DNA of 64,000 bases from Mobula birostris (GCF_030028105.1 NC_092400.1:6138001-6202000), one strand, 5' to 3'. Counted from the stretch's first letter, positions 39,005-52,514 are shown. Numbers and translations are program-made. Notes: generated by a model not told the origin, from the sequence alone.

Positions 39005-39470
39005 TTTATCAATTTCTCTATCTTCCAGTAAATTCTTTCCCCCTTCCCTTCTTTTTTTCATTGCCCATTCTGGCTCCCCTCTCACCCCTTCTCTTCTCCT
39101 CACCTGCCCATCACCTCCCTCTGGTACCCCTTCTCTATCCCTCTCCCCCAAGGTCCACTCTCCTCTCCTATTAGATTCTTTCTTCTTCTACCCCTTACCT
39201 CTTCTACCTATCGCCTCCTGGCTTCTCACTTCTTTCCTTTTACCCCCACCCACCTTCCCTCACATCTGGTCTTACCAATCACCTGCCAGCTTGTACTGCT
39301 TTTTATTTTGGCTTCTTCACCCTTCTTTTCCAGTCCTGATAAAGCGTCTCTGTCTGAAACCTTGACTGTCATCCCTCTCCATAGATGCTGCCTGACGTCT
39401 GAGTTCCTCCAGCATTTTGTGTGTGTGTTGCTCTGGATTTCCAGCATCTGCAGAATCCCTTGTGTTTAAT
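39005..39470 (+). mobile_element. Penelope-like 3' fragment with degenerate hammerhead (39331-39368)
   Basis: cagtcctgataaagcgtctctgtctgaaaccttgactg..gatgctgcctgac..ccagcatctgcagaatc. Confidence 0.8.
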
Positions 39471-39854
39471 GTCTTATTTAGCCTTGTTTTCTCCTTTTGC
39501 TCCCTATTAATATTCTGGAGAAGTTGTCACATTTAACTCTCAGCTGTAGTTCTTGAATAGATTCTAGACTAGAGACTACAGCATGTAACTATGAACAGCA
39601 GTCTGAGGAGGTATAGATAAAGGGATCATCGTTGCTGTTGAGGTGCTTTATTAAAACATTATGGTTCCGCCCAGTGTTTGTAAATGATGCAGTTTAACAA
39701 ACCACAAGAAATGCTCCCTAATTGTTCACTTACTGCAACAGATTGCCTTGCCCACATTTTATTTTCTTTGGACGTTTCTGAGGTCAGTGTATTCTTTCTG
39801 AGAAATTGTGCCTGACTGAACACAACACTCCATAAGAGGTCTACCTAAGAGCAA

Positions 39855-40100
39855 CTTCAAAGTTGAAGTTCAAGGTACATTTATTACCAATGTATGTATA
39901 CCACACACAACCTTGAGATTCGTCTTCTTGCAGGCAGCCACTAAACAAAGAAAAACAAAAGAATCCATGAGAAAACACCCCACACAACAAAGACGGTCAA
40001 ACGTTCGATGCTTGGGAAAAATGAACAAATCATGCAAACAATAAGAAAGTGAACAAATAACACTCAGAACATGAGCCACAGTGTCCTTGAACGTGAGTCC
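39855..40100 (-). mobile_element. Rex1-type 3' end fragment
   Basis: ttcaaagttgaagttcaaggtacatttatta is the reverse complement of the Rex1 tail. Confidence 0.7.
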
Positions 40101-40804
40101 ACACCAAGTAGCCTATTGAAGCATTATTGGTTACCGAAGCAGCGCTCTACACCTCTGAAAATTCTTTCTTTTCAAGTACTAATCCTGTTCAGATTTAGAT
40201 ATTACATCTAATTCTATTCCCACTACCTACCCCGGAATTGCTTCCCAGACCCCTCTACCTGCCGCATAAAAAAAAAGTTTTACCTAATGTCCTTTCTGAT
40301 TCATTTGATATTTTACTTTCTCCCTTCCCAACACCTAAGGATCACTGGAAGGATCAGTTTCTAATTGCTCCTAATTGCCCTTGAATTGAGTGGTTATTTT
40401 GGAGGGCACTTAAGAGTCAACCACATTAATGATTCTGGGGTCCCATATAGACCATTTGTAGTAAGAATTTTGGAGATCCTCTCCCCATTATGAATCAAAT
40501 GAGATTTTACAACCATCTGGCTATTTAGTTATTGTCTTTAAGTTCTTCTTTTAAGTTCATCCTAGTAACTAAATTTTAACCCTACTGACTGGATGAGATT
40601 TAAATCCAGGTTGCTGGACTGCTAATTCGAGATTCAATTTATTTGTCATGTGTACATCGAAGCATACAGTCAAATTGTCATTAACAACCAACACACTGGA
40701 GGGTGTGTTGGGCACAGCCCACAAGTGTCATACCCACAATGCTCAGCAGGACACCGCCGAACAATCCCGGTTCCTCCGTCCCACCACACACATACGGTCC
40801 TTTA

Positions 40805-41415
40805 ATGGAGATTGCAGACTGGGTACATTACAGCCTGGTGTGGAAGCACCAATGAGCTTGTATGGAAAAATCTACTAAAAGTAGTGGATACAGCCCGGTC
40901 CGTCACAGGTAAAGCCCTCCCCACCATTGAGCACATCTACAAGGAGCTCTGTCACAGCAAAGCAGCATCCGTCATCATAAACCCCGCCATCCAGGCTATC
41001 TCACTATTGCCATCAGGAAGGAGGTACAGGAGTCTCAGGACCCACACCACCAGGTTCTGGAACAGTTATTACCCCTCACCATCAGGCTCTTGAACCAAAG
41101 GAGATAATTCAACTTCACTGACCCCCAACACTGAACTGATCTACAACTTACGAACTGAATTTCAAGGTGGTTTCAACTTTTGTTCTCTATGTTTATTGCT
41201 GAGTTATTTATTATTATTATTATTATTTTGTTTGGTATTTTGTATTAGCACATTTGGATGTTTGCCCGTCTTTGTTGTGTGCTTTTTTTTCATTGTTTCT
41301 ATTGTGTTTCCTTGTGTCTACTGTGAATACCTGAAGGAAAATAAATCTCCAGCTAGTATATGGTGACATATACAGTATAAACTTTGATAATAAATTTACC
41401 TTGAACTTTGAACTA
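40805..41415 (+). mobile_element. Rex1/Babar 3' fragment
   Basis: TGYITAWCG..LLPSGRRYRSLRTHTTRFWNSYYP; tail ttgaactttgaact. Confidence 0.88.
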
Positions 41416-43398
41416 TAAGATTATCCAGGTTTCTGGATCACTATATTGCCACTTAGTTTTGCATCTTCCGTTGTATTCTATTTTTATCCATTTAATCATT
41501 TTCAAGATGACTCTCAACCCCTTTGTCCCCAAGAGATCAGGCTTGACTTGTCTATATAACTGAAGTCACCTCTACTAGATCTCTTCAGCACCTTCTCTGA
41601 GGCAATCACGTTACAGTATTCCTAAAATGTGGTTGCAGAACTAGGTACAATTCTCCAATTATGATGAAACCAGTTTTTAAATGTATTCATTGACTAACTT
41701 GCTTTTATATGCATTTTAAAAAATCCACTACCCCACGCTTCTTTTTTTAACCAATTTCACATGTGACACAGCTGTCCTCAAAAAATTGTGAGATTGGATC
41801 CCAGGTTTCTCTGATCCTGTATGCAGTTTAAATTTGTTTCCTCTGCCTCTCATCATTCTTCTAATTGAAGTGTAGTACTTTGTGTTTTGCTGTTTTAAGT
41901 GTCATTCCATCATCTGCCGACAGCCTCTCTATAGCTGCCACAAGACTATTGAATAGTTCGTAGTACAACAAGATAGACTCTTGACCTCATAATCTACCTC
42001 AGCATGACTTTATACTTTATTGGCTACCTGAACTGCACTTTTCCTGCAGGCTTCACTTTATACTGCACCCTGTTATTGTTTTACCTTTTATTACCTTGAT
42101 AGTCTGTTTAGTGAATTAATCTGTATGAACAGATGGCAAGATAAGCTTTTCACTGTACTTCAGTACCTGTGACAATAATAAACCAATTCCACTTCCAGTT
42201 TCCATATCCTCCTATTACTGTGCTCCTCACAGTTCTCTACCCGCATCCACCCTCTCCATGAAGGACATAGAGATCTATATACAACAGAACTCATGCTGAT
42301 TTGTGTGTATTTCTATGTTACATTGACTATCGTATTTATTATAAATTATGATAAATTACTGTGATTGCACATTTAGACGGAGACATAACATAAAGGCTTT
42401 TACTCCTCATGTATGTGAAGGATGTAAGAAATAATGTCAACTCAGTTCAATTCTAAAAGACTAAGTCATTAATGTACATTAAAGAAAGCAGTGTTTTTAG
42501 TGCACAAGGACACAAGAAAATAGGAGCAGAAATAGACCACTCGGTCCCTTAAGTCTGCTCTACCATTCAAAATGATCATATCTGATCTTCCCCGGATGTC
42601 AACTCCTCGGATCTGGCAGCTATCCTTCAGGAAGTTCAAAGCACCTCACCCTCCTGTCTGAAGAGTAACTGTTCATTACTACTGTCTGGTCCTGTCACTT
42701 ACTCAATTTTCCCGTCTTACTGCTATAGTCTTGTTTATTGCATGGACTTCAATCTCAATGAAAAGCCTATTAGACAGCATCGTGTTTTGTAATTACATAT
42801 TCAACTGCACTTCCCTCAGTGACTTTCTCTATTACTTCATAAAGAAACTTTTATTAGTTGGATATGATCTGCCTTTATTAACTCTATGTTGTATTTCCCC
42901 AATCATCCTCACTTTTCCAAAGTACTTCTTCTGCTCATTATCATTTCTAAAGGTTTCCTCACCACTGTCGGTCTGTGGTTGCTCGGTTTATACTCACACC
43001 CTCTTTTGAAAGAATGTAATATTTGCAGTTCTTCAGTTCTCAGACACCAGCCCAATATCTGCAATGTTTGGTAGATTATGGCTAATATCTACAGTTTTCA
43101 CCCTTACTTCCCTTGGCAACCAAACATGTGGTCTATTCGATAACACACATAAACTCCAGGATTGGGTGATCCAGTGGTCAGGTGGAATCTATGGAGGGAA
43201 AGGAACAGCAGACCTTTCAGGCCAAGACCCTTCATCAGGTAGTTATTCAAACCAGATGATTTAACTAACTGGTCTTTTCACTCCTCTGGTGTCACAACTA
43301 CATCTTTCTTTGCTGAGGCACCAAAATAACAGCTTGAAGCTAATTCTTTTTTTACCTTGGCCTTGCTCTCTCTCTTCATCAGATAGATAGATCTTAAT

Positions 43399-44769
43399 AG
43401 AAACTTAGAAAATAGGTGCAGGAGTAGGCCATTCGGCCCTTCGAGCCTGCACCGCCATTTATTATGATCATGGCTGATCATCCAACTCAGAACCCTGCAC
43501 CAGCCTTCCCTCCATACCCCCTGATCCCCGTAGCCACAAGGGCCATATCTAACTCCCTCTTAAATATAGCCAATGAACTGGCCTCAACTGTTTCCTGTGG
43601 CAGAGAATTCCACAGATTCACCACTCTCTGTGTGAAGAAGTTTTTCCTCATCTCAGTCCTAAAAGGCTTCCCCCTTATCCTCAAACTGTGACCCCTCGTT
43701 CTGGACTTCCCCAACATCGGGAACAATCTTCCTGCATCTAGCCTGTCCAATCCCTTTAGGATTTTATATGTTTCAATCAGATCCCTCCTCAATCTTCTAA
43801 ATTCCAACGAGTACAAGCCTAGTTCATCCAGCCTTTCTTCATATGAAAGTCCTGCCATTCCAGGAATCAATCTGGTGAACCTTCTTTGTACTCCCTCTAT
43901 GGCAAGAATGTCTTTCCTCAGATTAGGGGACCAAAACTGCACACAATACTCCAGGTGTGGTCTCACCAAGGCCGTGTACAACTGCAGTAGTACCTCCCTG
44001 CTCCTGTACTCGAATCCTCTCGCTATAAATGCCAGCATACTATTCGCCTTTTTCACCGCCTGCTGTACCTGCATGCCCACTTTCAATGACTGGTGTATAA
44101 TGACACCCAGGTCTCGTTGCACCTCCCCTTTTCCTAATCGGCCACCATTCAGATAATAATCTGTTTTCCTATTTTTGCCACCAAAGTGGATAACTTCACA
44201 TTTATCCACATTAAATTGCATCTGCCATGAATTTGCCCACTCACCCAACCTATCCAAGTCACCCTGCATCCTCTTAGCATCCTCCTCACAGCTAACACTG
44301 CCGCCCAGCTTTGTGTCATCCGCAAACTTGGAGATGCTGCATTTAATTCCCTCATCCAAGTCATTAATATATTTGTAAACAACTGGGGTCCCAGCACTGA
44401 GCCTTGCGGTACCCCACTAGTCACTGCCTGCCATTCTGAAAAGGTCCCATTTATTCCCACTCTTTGCTTCCTGTCTGCTAACCAATTCTCTATCCACATC
44501 AATACCTTACCCCCAATACCGTGTGCTTTAAGTTTACACACTAATCTCCTGTGTGGGACCTTGTCAAAAGCCTTTTGAAAATCCAAATATACCACATCCA
44601 CTGGTTCTCCCCTATCCACTCTACTAGTTACATCCTCAAAAAATTCTATGAGATTCGTCAGACATGATTTTCCTTTCAGAAATCCATGCTGACTTTGTCC
44701 GATGATTTCACCGCTTTCCAAATGTGCTGTTATCACATCTTTGATAACTGACTCCAGCAGTTTCCCCAC
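43399..44769 (-). mobile_element. Young 5'-truncated CR1 LINE with near-intact RT C-terminus
   Basis: 290-aa open frame (KFADDTKLGG..NLWNSLP) and an upstream frame with QHGFLKGKSCLTNL, GVPQGSVLGP; single frameshift near 44372; candidate TSD atagat(c/a)ttaat at 43387-43398 and 44770-44781. Confidence 0.95.
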
Positions 44770-44804
44770 ATAGATATTAATTTCACTTTTATGCCTGCTA
44801 ATAG

Positions 44805-45100
44805 TCTTTTTTCTCTCTCTCTCCCGCCCTCCCCCTCCCTCTCCCCTCCTCTCTCCCCTCCTTCTCCNNNNNNNNNNNNNNNNNNNNNNNNNNNNNNNNN
44901 NNNNNNNNNNNNNNNNNNNNNNNNNNNNNNNNNNNNNNNNNNNNNNNNNNNNNNNNNNNNNNNNNNNNNNNNNNNNNNNNNNNNNNNNNNNNNNNNNNNN
45001 NCCCTCTCCCCCCTCTCTCCCTCCTTCTCCCCTCCCCTCTCCCCTCCCTCTCTCCCTCTCCCTCACTCCCTCTCCCCCTCCTTCTCCTTCTCTCTGCTTT
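44805..45100. repeat. CT-rich low-complexity tract surrounding an assembly gap (N run 44868-45001)
   Basis: Direct inspection. Confidence 0.95.
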
Positions 45101-45239
45101 TGTCGAATTGCCCTGGTTTTCATGTCTCATTGATATCAATCACGCGTCCCTTTTCCTTTGTTTGATATTTTATCTTTTTGACCATCTGTGGCCTCTAGCT
45201 TTAAGTGAAAAATTGGTATCCTGGACTATAAAATGGACT

Positions 45240-45460
45240 AACCGATGGAGCTGCTGCCTTGCATTTCTGGTGGTCTAGGTTCAGTTCTGATCTCCAGTGT
45301 TGCCTATCCTGAGTTTGCTTGTTCTCTTTGTGACTCTGATTTCCTCCCACATGCCAAAGGCATGCAAATTGGCAGATTAATAAATGTCCCGTTTGATGTA
45401 GGTAGAATCTGTGGTGTTGATGAGAATGTGAGGAAAGCAGATGAGGTTTAGTGTAGATAG
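45240..45460 (+). mobile_element. V-SINE fragment
   Basis: gagctgctgcct..aggttcagttctga..gagtttgcttgttctc..ttcctcccacatgccaaag. Confidence 0.65.
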
Positions 45461-45899
45461 ATGATTGATAACTGGAAAGTACATGTAGCATGACACGGTG
45501 AATCTACAGATTCCTTGGCACTGTAATAGAGCCAAACCTTCTCAAATGGCTATCTATATCTACACTTCTGCGTAAATCTTCAATCAGGGCCAGATCTGTT
45601 CTCATTTCACTAAAGTTGGCCCTTCTACAGGTGACTACTTCTATCTTACCGGCCATTTGCATTTCACAATGCGAGTCTAATTCAAGGATGCTATGAACAT
45701 AGTTCTGTCGTGTTTACCCACTCTCCTTGGGCTGCTTCAATACCTGGATTGCAATATTTGCTTCTTCATTTGGCCGGGATTGTGCTGGGAAAGGAGGCGC
45801 TGATGCACAAAACTGAAAGTAGTTTTTCCTTTGCCTCTAAGATTACAACTATTCAAGCAGGTAAAGGGATAATTTAATTTCTATTTATCATTACTTTCA

Positions 45900-46310
45900 T
45901 CATGCTCTCTTTCCACTGCTGCCATTGACAAGGGGGTACGAGAGCCTTGGGTCCCACACCACAAGGTTCAGGAACAGTTATTACCCTACATCCATCAGGC
46001 TCCTGAACTGGTGTGGATAATTTCACTCATCTCAACACTGAACACAACCTATGCACTCACTTTCAAAGGACTCTACATTCTCAGTATGTATGTATGTATG
46101 TATGTATGTATGTATGTATGTATGTATTTATTACTTTTTTCTCTACTTGTAGTTTTCCATTGATTCTGTTGTATTTCCTTGTTCTACTGAAGCCCGCAAA
46201 AATGAATGTCAAGATGTATATATATAGTCAAGATGTGTGTCATACACATCTATATATATAGTGACATATACATACTTTAATCCTAAATTTAGTTTGAACT
46301 TTGAACTTTG
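45900..46310 (+). mobile_element. Rex1 3' fragment containing a (TATG)n microsatellite (46085-46125)
   Basis: RFRNSYYPTSIRLLN; tail tttgaactttgaactttg. Confidence 0.8.
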
Positions 46311-46694
46311 TAGTTCTGTGCATCTCTTAAATTTCTCTGAACTTTTTTTTGTTTCTTTCCTATTAACTCACGATCTTTAGAATAACTTCAGCATTGTGAG
46401 GACGCATCTGTTTTTCTCGACCCTAACCAGAATCTGACCTTGTTTGTACCAGGACATCATTTCTCCCAGATTATTCTCAGTCACTATTACCATCCTACTT
46501 CCTTTCCTCCCCTTCCTATCTATTCTGAACACTTTGGTCAAGAAATTTCTTTACACCTTCTATTTACTATTAAAAGTCGTGCAGGCCTCCCTGACACTGT
46601 TTATAGAAGTTACACAAAGGCTGAGAAAGTTAAATGCAAGGCTCGCAGAAGATCGAAGCTGGGTTTCCCTGTGCAATGCGAATTGTAGGTGGTC

Positions 46695-47900
46695 TCTACA
46701 ATACCGACACAACCGATCAACAGACAACGCAGTATCCATGGCTCTACAAACCGTCCTTACACATCTGGAGAAGAGGGATGCTTATGTGAGAATGCTGTTC
46801 TTGGACTACAGTTCAGTATTCAACACCATAACTCCCTCCAGGCTCGACAAGAAGTTTAGAGACCTTGGCCTTCATCCTGCCTTGTGCAGTGCCATCCTAG
46901 ACTTCCTGTCAGATCGCCAGCAGGTGGTAAGAGTGGGCTCCCTCACCTCTGTCCTTTTGACCCTCAACACAGGTGCCCCTCAGGGCTGTGTACTAAGCCC
47001 TCTCCTTTACTCTCTATATACCCACGACTGTGTCGTCACCCACAGCTCTAAGCTGCTAATTAAATTTGCTGATGACACTACACTGATTGGCCTAATCTCA
47101 AATATTAATGAGGCAGCCTACAGGGAAGAAGTCATCTCTCTGACACAGTGGTGTCAGGAAAACAACCTCTCCCTCAATGTCGCAAAAACAAAGGACCTGG
47201 TTGTGGATTACAGGAGGAATGGAGACAGGCTAACCCCTATAGACATCAATGGATCTGGGGTTGAGAGGGTGAACAGCTTTAAGTTCCTCGGCATAAACAT
47301 CACTGAGGATCTCACGTAGTCCGGCTGTGTGGTGAAAAAGGCACAACAGCACCTCTTTCATCTCAGACAGTTGAAGAAACTTGGTATGGCTACCCAAATC
47401 CGAAGAACTTTCTATAGGGGCACGATTGAGAGCATCCTGACTGGCTGCATCACTGCCTGGTATGGGAACCCTACCTCCCTCAATCACAGGTCTCTGCAGA
47501 GAGTGATGCAGACAGCCCAGCACATCTGCAGTTACGAACTTCTGACTTTCAGGACATTTACAAAGACAGGTGTGTAAAAAGGGCCTGAAGGATCATCGGG
47601 GACCTGAGTCACCCCAAGCGCAAACCGTTCCAGCTGCTACCATCCAGGAAATGGTACCGCAGCATAAAAGCCAGGACCAACAGGCTCCGGGACAGCTTCT
47701 TCCACCAGGCCATCAGACTGCTTAATTCATGCTGACACAACTGTATTTCTATGTTATATTGACTATCCTGTTGTACATAATATTTATTATAAACTACTAT
47801 AGTTGCACGTTGCACATTTAGGCGGAGACATGACGTAAAGATTTTTACTCCTCATGTATATGAAGGATGTAGGTAATAGAGTCAATTCAATTCAATTCAA
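46695..47900 (+). mobile_element. Rex1/Babar LINE, 5'-truncated, relatively young RT region
   Basis: YRHNRSTDNA, RMLFLDYSSVFNTI, GAPQGCVLSPLLYSLYTHDC and KFADDTTLIG; (aattc)n tail. Confidence 0.95.
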
Positions 47901-48767
47901 CGCAGCACTGAAACTGACAGTCGGTCTCAGTGGGCTCTCCCCTGCAGGTTCGTCGCAAGTTCTTGCAGGTGTCAGCATGTGTGATCTCTGCCACCAGCTC
48001 TGAAAGACACATATGACTATATAAGGAAAGCACTTCTTCCAGCTATTTAGGTGTGTGTCCATTGAATGAACGAATGGTGTAGTGATGTAAGGCAGTTAGA
48101 TGGGACGACCTGGACAATTTAGTGAAGACATTGCTTAGGGCAAGTTCTTTGTGTTCCACAGAAGGTTTCCAGGGCTATAACTTGCTACTCCAGGCAACTT
48201 TCAGGGAGGTCGTGGACATGGGTGCAGACTCTGAATGCATTCACTTGGCAGGTAAGTGCCCCTGCCCACTCAATGTGCCCCTGAATATTGCCTCCTTCAG
48301 TCAGGAATTTGAGTGGCGTTCCTAGGACAGGAGTGAGTGGCAGATAATTCGAGGTGTGACTAGGAGCAGTGGCAGCCTGGAATAGTTCAGACGCTGGGAA
48401 GCTGAGAGGGACCATGACCTGGACCTCCAAGGGGAAAGCTGTCAATGCATCCCTGAAGACCTGCAGGAGATCCCAGACCTCAGGCTGGGTGAAGATTACC
48501 ACTTGACTATTGGTTGTTCAAAAAGTATAACTTCAGAAGAAGTTGTGTCAGTAAAAGTTGGTTCTTCTGTGATAAAGGACTGTTGTGTTTAAGACCACTG
48601 AAAATCTCACCGCAGAGAAATGTGTGTTATACCGCTGTCAATGTTAATTAGCGGAGCTTTTCAGCAGAGCAAAACTGGTTGCTAAACTGGTTGTTAGATG
48701 TATTTTCGTATATTCAGTGTTTGCCCGATGTCCAGTGCACAGCCAATGATATCATCCAGTTTGCAGT

Positions 48768-48833
48768 CAACACACACAAAATGCAGTTGTGTTGGTTGGA
48801 TTTCAAGCGTTTGCAGATTTTCTCTTGTTTGTG
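48768..48833. mobile_element. Minimal (66-bp) Penelope fold-back insertion with 14-bp TSD
   Basis: caacacacacaaaatgc (inverted start) plus tail tggatttcaagcgtttgcagattttctcttgtttg; TSD atccagtttg(c/t)agt at 48754-48767 and 48834-48847. Confidence 0.75.
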
Positions 48834-49260
48834 ATCCAGTTTGTAGTTATCACTTCTTTAGAGAGCGGCTGTGAAAGGTACAACCTTAAATAACAGTAAA
48901 AAAGGAGAAAATCTCTGTATTGTGTACCTAAGTGTAAGATGCCATCTCAGTATCCCCATGCCTTCCAAGCATTTAAGGCCTTTTGTGGCATGGTGTCAAT
49001 TGGGGGTTTAGCCCACTGTCTGGGAGGTTGCCCAGACACATTGGAAAGAATCATGCCCCTTCAATTTTCCTTACCTCCATGACAGCCTTTTCTGATGCTG
49101 TGTGTGAGTCTTTAAGATTTGACTCACTTCCCAGCAGTCAATAGGGCAGTAACATGGCAGCAGCAAACTTTGGGGGCAGTGCTTATGGGAAACATATCAA
49201 GAAAATTCTTGCCTGTGATTTAGTTTGAAAACCACCCAAACTGTTCCCAAATTTTCTTCA

Positions 49261-49395
49261 CAAACAAGAGAAAATCTGCAGATGCTGGAAATCCAAACAA
49301 CACACACAAAGTGCTGGAGGAACTCAGCAGGCCAGGCAGCATCTATGGAAAAGAGCACAGTCGATGTTTCTGGCCAAGACCCTTCAGCAGGACCT
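49261..49395 (-). mobile_element. Penelope-like 3' end with hammerhead variant (CUGCUGA)
   Basis: Minus strand gtcctgctgaagggtcttggccagaaacatcgactg..ccagcatctgcagattttctcttgtttg. Confidence 0.8.
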
Positions 49396-49919
49396 GAAAA
49401 CCACAAACTTCCTTGCTATTTTATTGTCAGTCACCCAGGTTATCACGAAAGGTTGATCTCTCATTTACAGGTAGAATTTCCAAATTGGCGTTCAGTCATA
49501 CAGGAAAGAAAGTGTGCCGGCCTGATTCTCAGCTGCACTGCATTGTATTTTTCACTTTTGTGCCAATAAATTTCCAGCCTGTTGTTTCTAGTCATATTTT
49601 TCACTGAATCTTGCCATTGTGTTCTGTTCCAACTCTGACATAAGAGACCGATTTCCATTCAATTTTTTAAACATTTTGTTTGAATCTGATCATTGATTTA
49701 CACACCTACCTTGGACACCCGTGACTCCTCCCGTGCTCTCCTGATTCTCGTCATCTGGAGTATCTCCTTTATCATTTTCTGGATCTGAAGCAGCTGATCC
49801 TTACACTTCTCACCGGTGAACCCTGCGTCCTGGTCACTCTCTGGTCCCACTTTAATGTGACCTGAGGGTTTCAACGCTGTTTCTTCATCTGGACCTTTGA
49901 TGGATAAATGAAGAAGATG

Positions 49920-50222
49920 GCCTGGTGGCCATTTTATCAGAGCACCAGCGTCCTGGGTTCAACCTGACACTGGGTATCTCCCGCGTGGAATTTGGATGTT
50001 CCTGTTGTGACCACACGGTCCAGTTTCCTTGCACCACCTGGAGATAGGTTGCTAGGTCAACTGTCCGCAGTAAATGTTGTAGGCCAGTGGTGGAATCCCT
50101 GGGGAATTGAAGAAAATGTGGAGAGTATAAAAATGTGATATTAACATCAGTTTAAGGTAGTTGGGTGGGTCAACACAGACTTGATGAACCGAAAGTTCTC
50201 CTTCCATGTTGTGTCTCTATAA
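49920..50222 (+). mobile_element. V-SINE with CR1-type tail
   Basis: tRNA-like head cctgggttcaa, decayed V-domain, tail gaaccgaaag..ccatgttgtgtctct. Confidence 0.55.
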
Positions 50223-51365
50223 CTCAATAACTGAGGCCGCGGTTCAGCTGCTTAGGGGAAACGACTCTTCATGTTTTGTCAATCGAGTATGTGCAGTGTT
50301 TATTCCTGCTCTTTGTCTCCTATATCCCTTGTTATAAGGAAGTCTCTAATTTCTTTTTTGATAATCTCTTTTGTGGAACCTTATCAAAAGCCCTATGGAA
50401 ATGTATTTATCTTCTAGAAAACCACACCTGCCCCTTCTCCACCCTGCCGATGACTTCCACATAAAACGTCAACTAAATTAGTCAGGCACCACTTCCCCTT
50501 TACAAATCAGCTCAAATGTGTCCAAGTACTCGGGCACAATAGCAGGCTTCTTCACATCTGACAGACTTACAGATCAACCTCGGGCACTTGTGCAACCTTA
50601 TCCCTAGGAGCCTCTGCTCAGTAAAGGAGAAGCTCTGAAAGGAGAAAAAAATGCAGCTATGAACTACAGACCTATAAAGTGAATTATTTCCTGCCTATAC
50701 ATGGATGCAATAAAGAAAATGATAGTATAAAATATTAATGATCATTTTTCTGTGCCTAGCCAAAGATGTGCACTGTTTTTCACCACAGGAGTTTTCTTCA
50801 CAATGCTGGTGCCTCTTTGCGTTTCTCAATGTTGCCTTGGTTTTAATGCAACCATTCATTGTGTGATGTGTTACATTTAATTCTGCCCCATTCTTAACTA
50901 TTTGTTACAGCTGGAGATTAAGGTTGCATTGGCAAAGTATTGTGCATCATTTAAGCGCAAACATCCTGCTTTTAAATAGACAGACACCAGCAATTAAGCT
51001 GGAAAACTTAATAGCAAGCCAGCAACTGGAAATGGTAGGTCGTGGGAGCTGAGTAACCTTCTGTGCACTCCGCACACATGTTCCATCTGGGTGTAAGGTG
51101 TAAAGACTTCATGAGACAGCTAGTCCTAAATTCTTCCGTCAGTGAGATAACCTCGTACTTCACTGAGCTCATGGGGGTATGGAGTCATCCTTCATTAGAA
51201 TTAGATCAACTTGCCTCAAAGGAAATTGCAGATAAAGCTGGGGATGCTGATGTGAGGCTGTAAAGACATGCCAATGAATGAACCTTCTGAGGGGCCTTGA
51301 TTCTTAACATTACTCTCAAAAGAACCTGTGTCCTCCTGTGTTTTGGGAAATATCTCAATGAGGGA

Positions 51366-52016
51366 TGTTATGTTTTGTAACTCCAGAAACTAATTGAAAA
51401 AACAACACAGGACCCAGGATATTGTCTAAGTTTTTAAAAATCTCTTTTTTAGTAAGATGCTCACATACGACATGGCGGAATTCATTGCCACAGGCGGCTG
51501 TGGAGGCCAAGTCATTGGGTCTATTTAAGGCAGAGGGTGATAGGTTCTTGATTAGTCAGGGCATGAAGGGATACGGGGAGAAGACAGGAGATTGGGGCTG
51601 AGAGGAAAAATGGATCAGCCATGATGAAATGGTGGAGCAGACTCAATGAGCCAATTGGCCTAATTCTTCTCCTATATCTTATGGTCTTATGATCTTATGA
51701 AAATGATGTATGTCATTCACATATTTCCTAGGCATAACCCATAATGAATTATGTAAATAAAGAAACACACACAAAATTTTGAAGGAACTCAGCAGGCCAG
51801 GCAGCATCTATGGAAGAGAGTACAGTCAACATTCTGGCCCGAAGCGTTGACTGTACACTTTTCCATGGATGCTGCCTGACCTGCTGAGTTCCTTCAAAAT
51901 TTTGTGTGTGCTGCTAGGATTTCCAGTGTCTCATGTTTATGTAAATCAAGAATGCTTAATCAAACAATCTATTTACAATGTTACTCAAATATTACTGAAA
52001 TATTAACTATACTACA
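51366..52016 (-). mobile_element. Gypsy solo LTR (same family as 32597-32828) hosting CR1 (51477-51700) and Penelope (51765-51936) insertions
   Basis: tgttatgttttgtaa..ttactcaaatattactgaaatatta..ca shared with the LTR at 32597; TG..CA ends; 5-bp TSD aggga at 51361-51365 and 52017-52021. Confidence 0.85.
51765..51936. mobile_element. Penelope fold-back insertion with 16-bp TSD
   Basis: Arms acacacaaaattttgaaggaactcagcagg..cagtcaac / gttgactg..cctgctgagttccttcaaaattttgtgtgt; TSD ttatgtaaat(a/c)aagaa. Confidence 0.85.
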
Positions 52017-52514
52017 AGGGACAGCACTACTATTGTATAAATTAGTTAAATTTCTTAATCATTTGTCCAAAAGGGGGAAATTTTAACCCCACAAAATGGG
52101 CAACTTTGGATCACACTGAGTGAAAAACAAATCAAATTCAAACCAAGGTTCAAGTCCAATTGCCATTCAATCATACAGTTGTATTCAGTTAAATGAAACA
52201 GTGTTTTTTCAGGGCCAGGGTGCAAATAGAGATGGGATAGGGCACAGCCAGTCAATCCTCCTGTGAGAGTTGGGCTGTTACTCAAAATATTTTGAAGTGT
52301 TTGTATGCCTTAGGTTTTACCTCAGATGGGTTGCAGCCTTGTTTGGCTGGGTTGCCCACACTGTAGGTGCTTGGAAATCAAAGATGGCTGCCTGGAAAGG
52401 TAAATACATTTGCAGCATTGCTTCTGGGTTAGGAGACACTGAAGTAACTCCTCCAACGCCTAGTGCTAAAGGAGTCCCTTTCTTCCACTGGAGAGGTGTC
52501 GGAGCCACCCAGTA

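Noticed and set aside
44149-45123. 324-aa ORF with a Gly/Glu/Arg-rich N-terminus
   Set aside because: It runs through a low-complexity tract and the N gap into CR1 RT; an artefact.
46444-47319. 291-aa ORF with a hydrophobic N-terminus fused to RT
   Set aside because: It has a non-ATG start; the first ~83 codons are flanking DNA that is open by chance into a truncated Rex1 RT, which ends at a premature stop.
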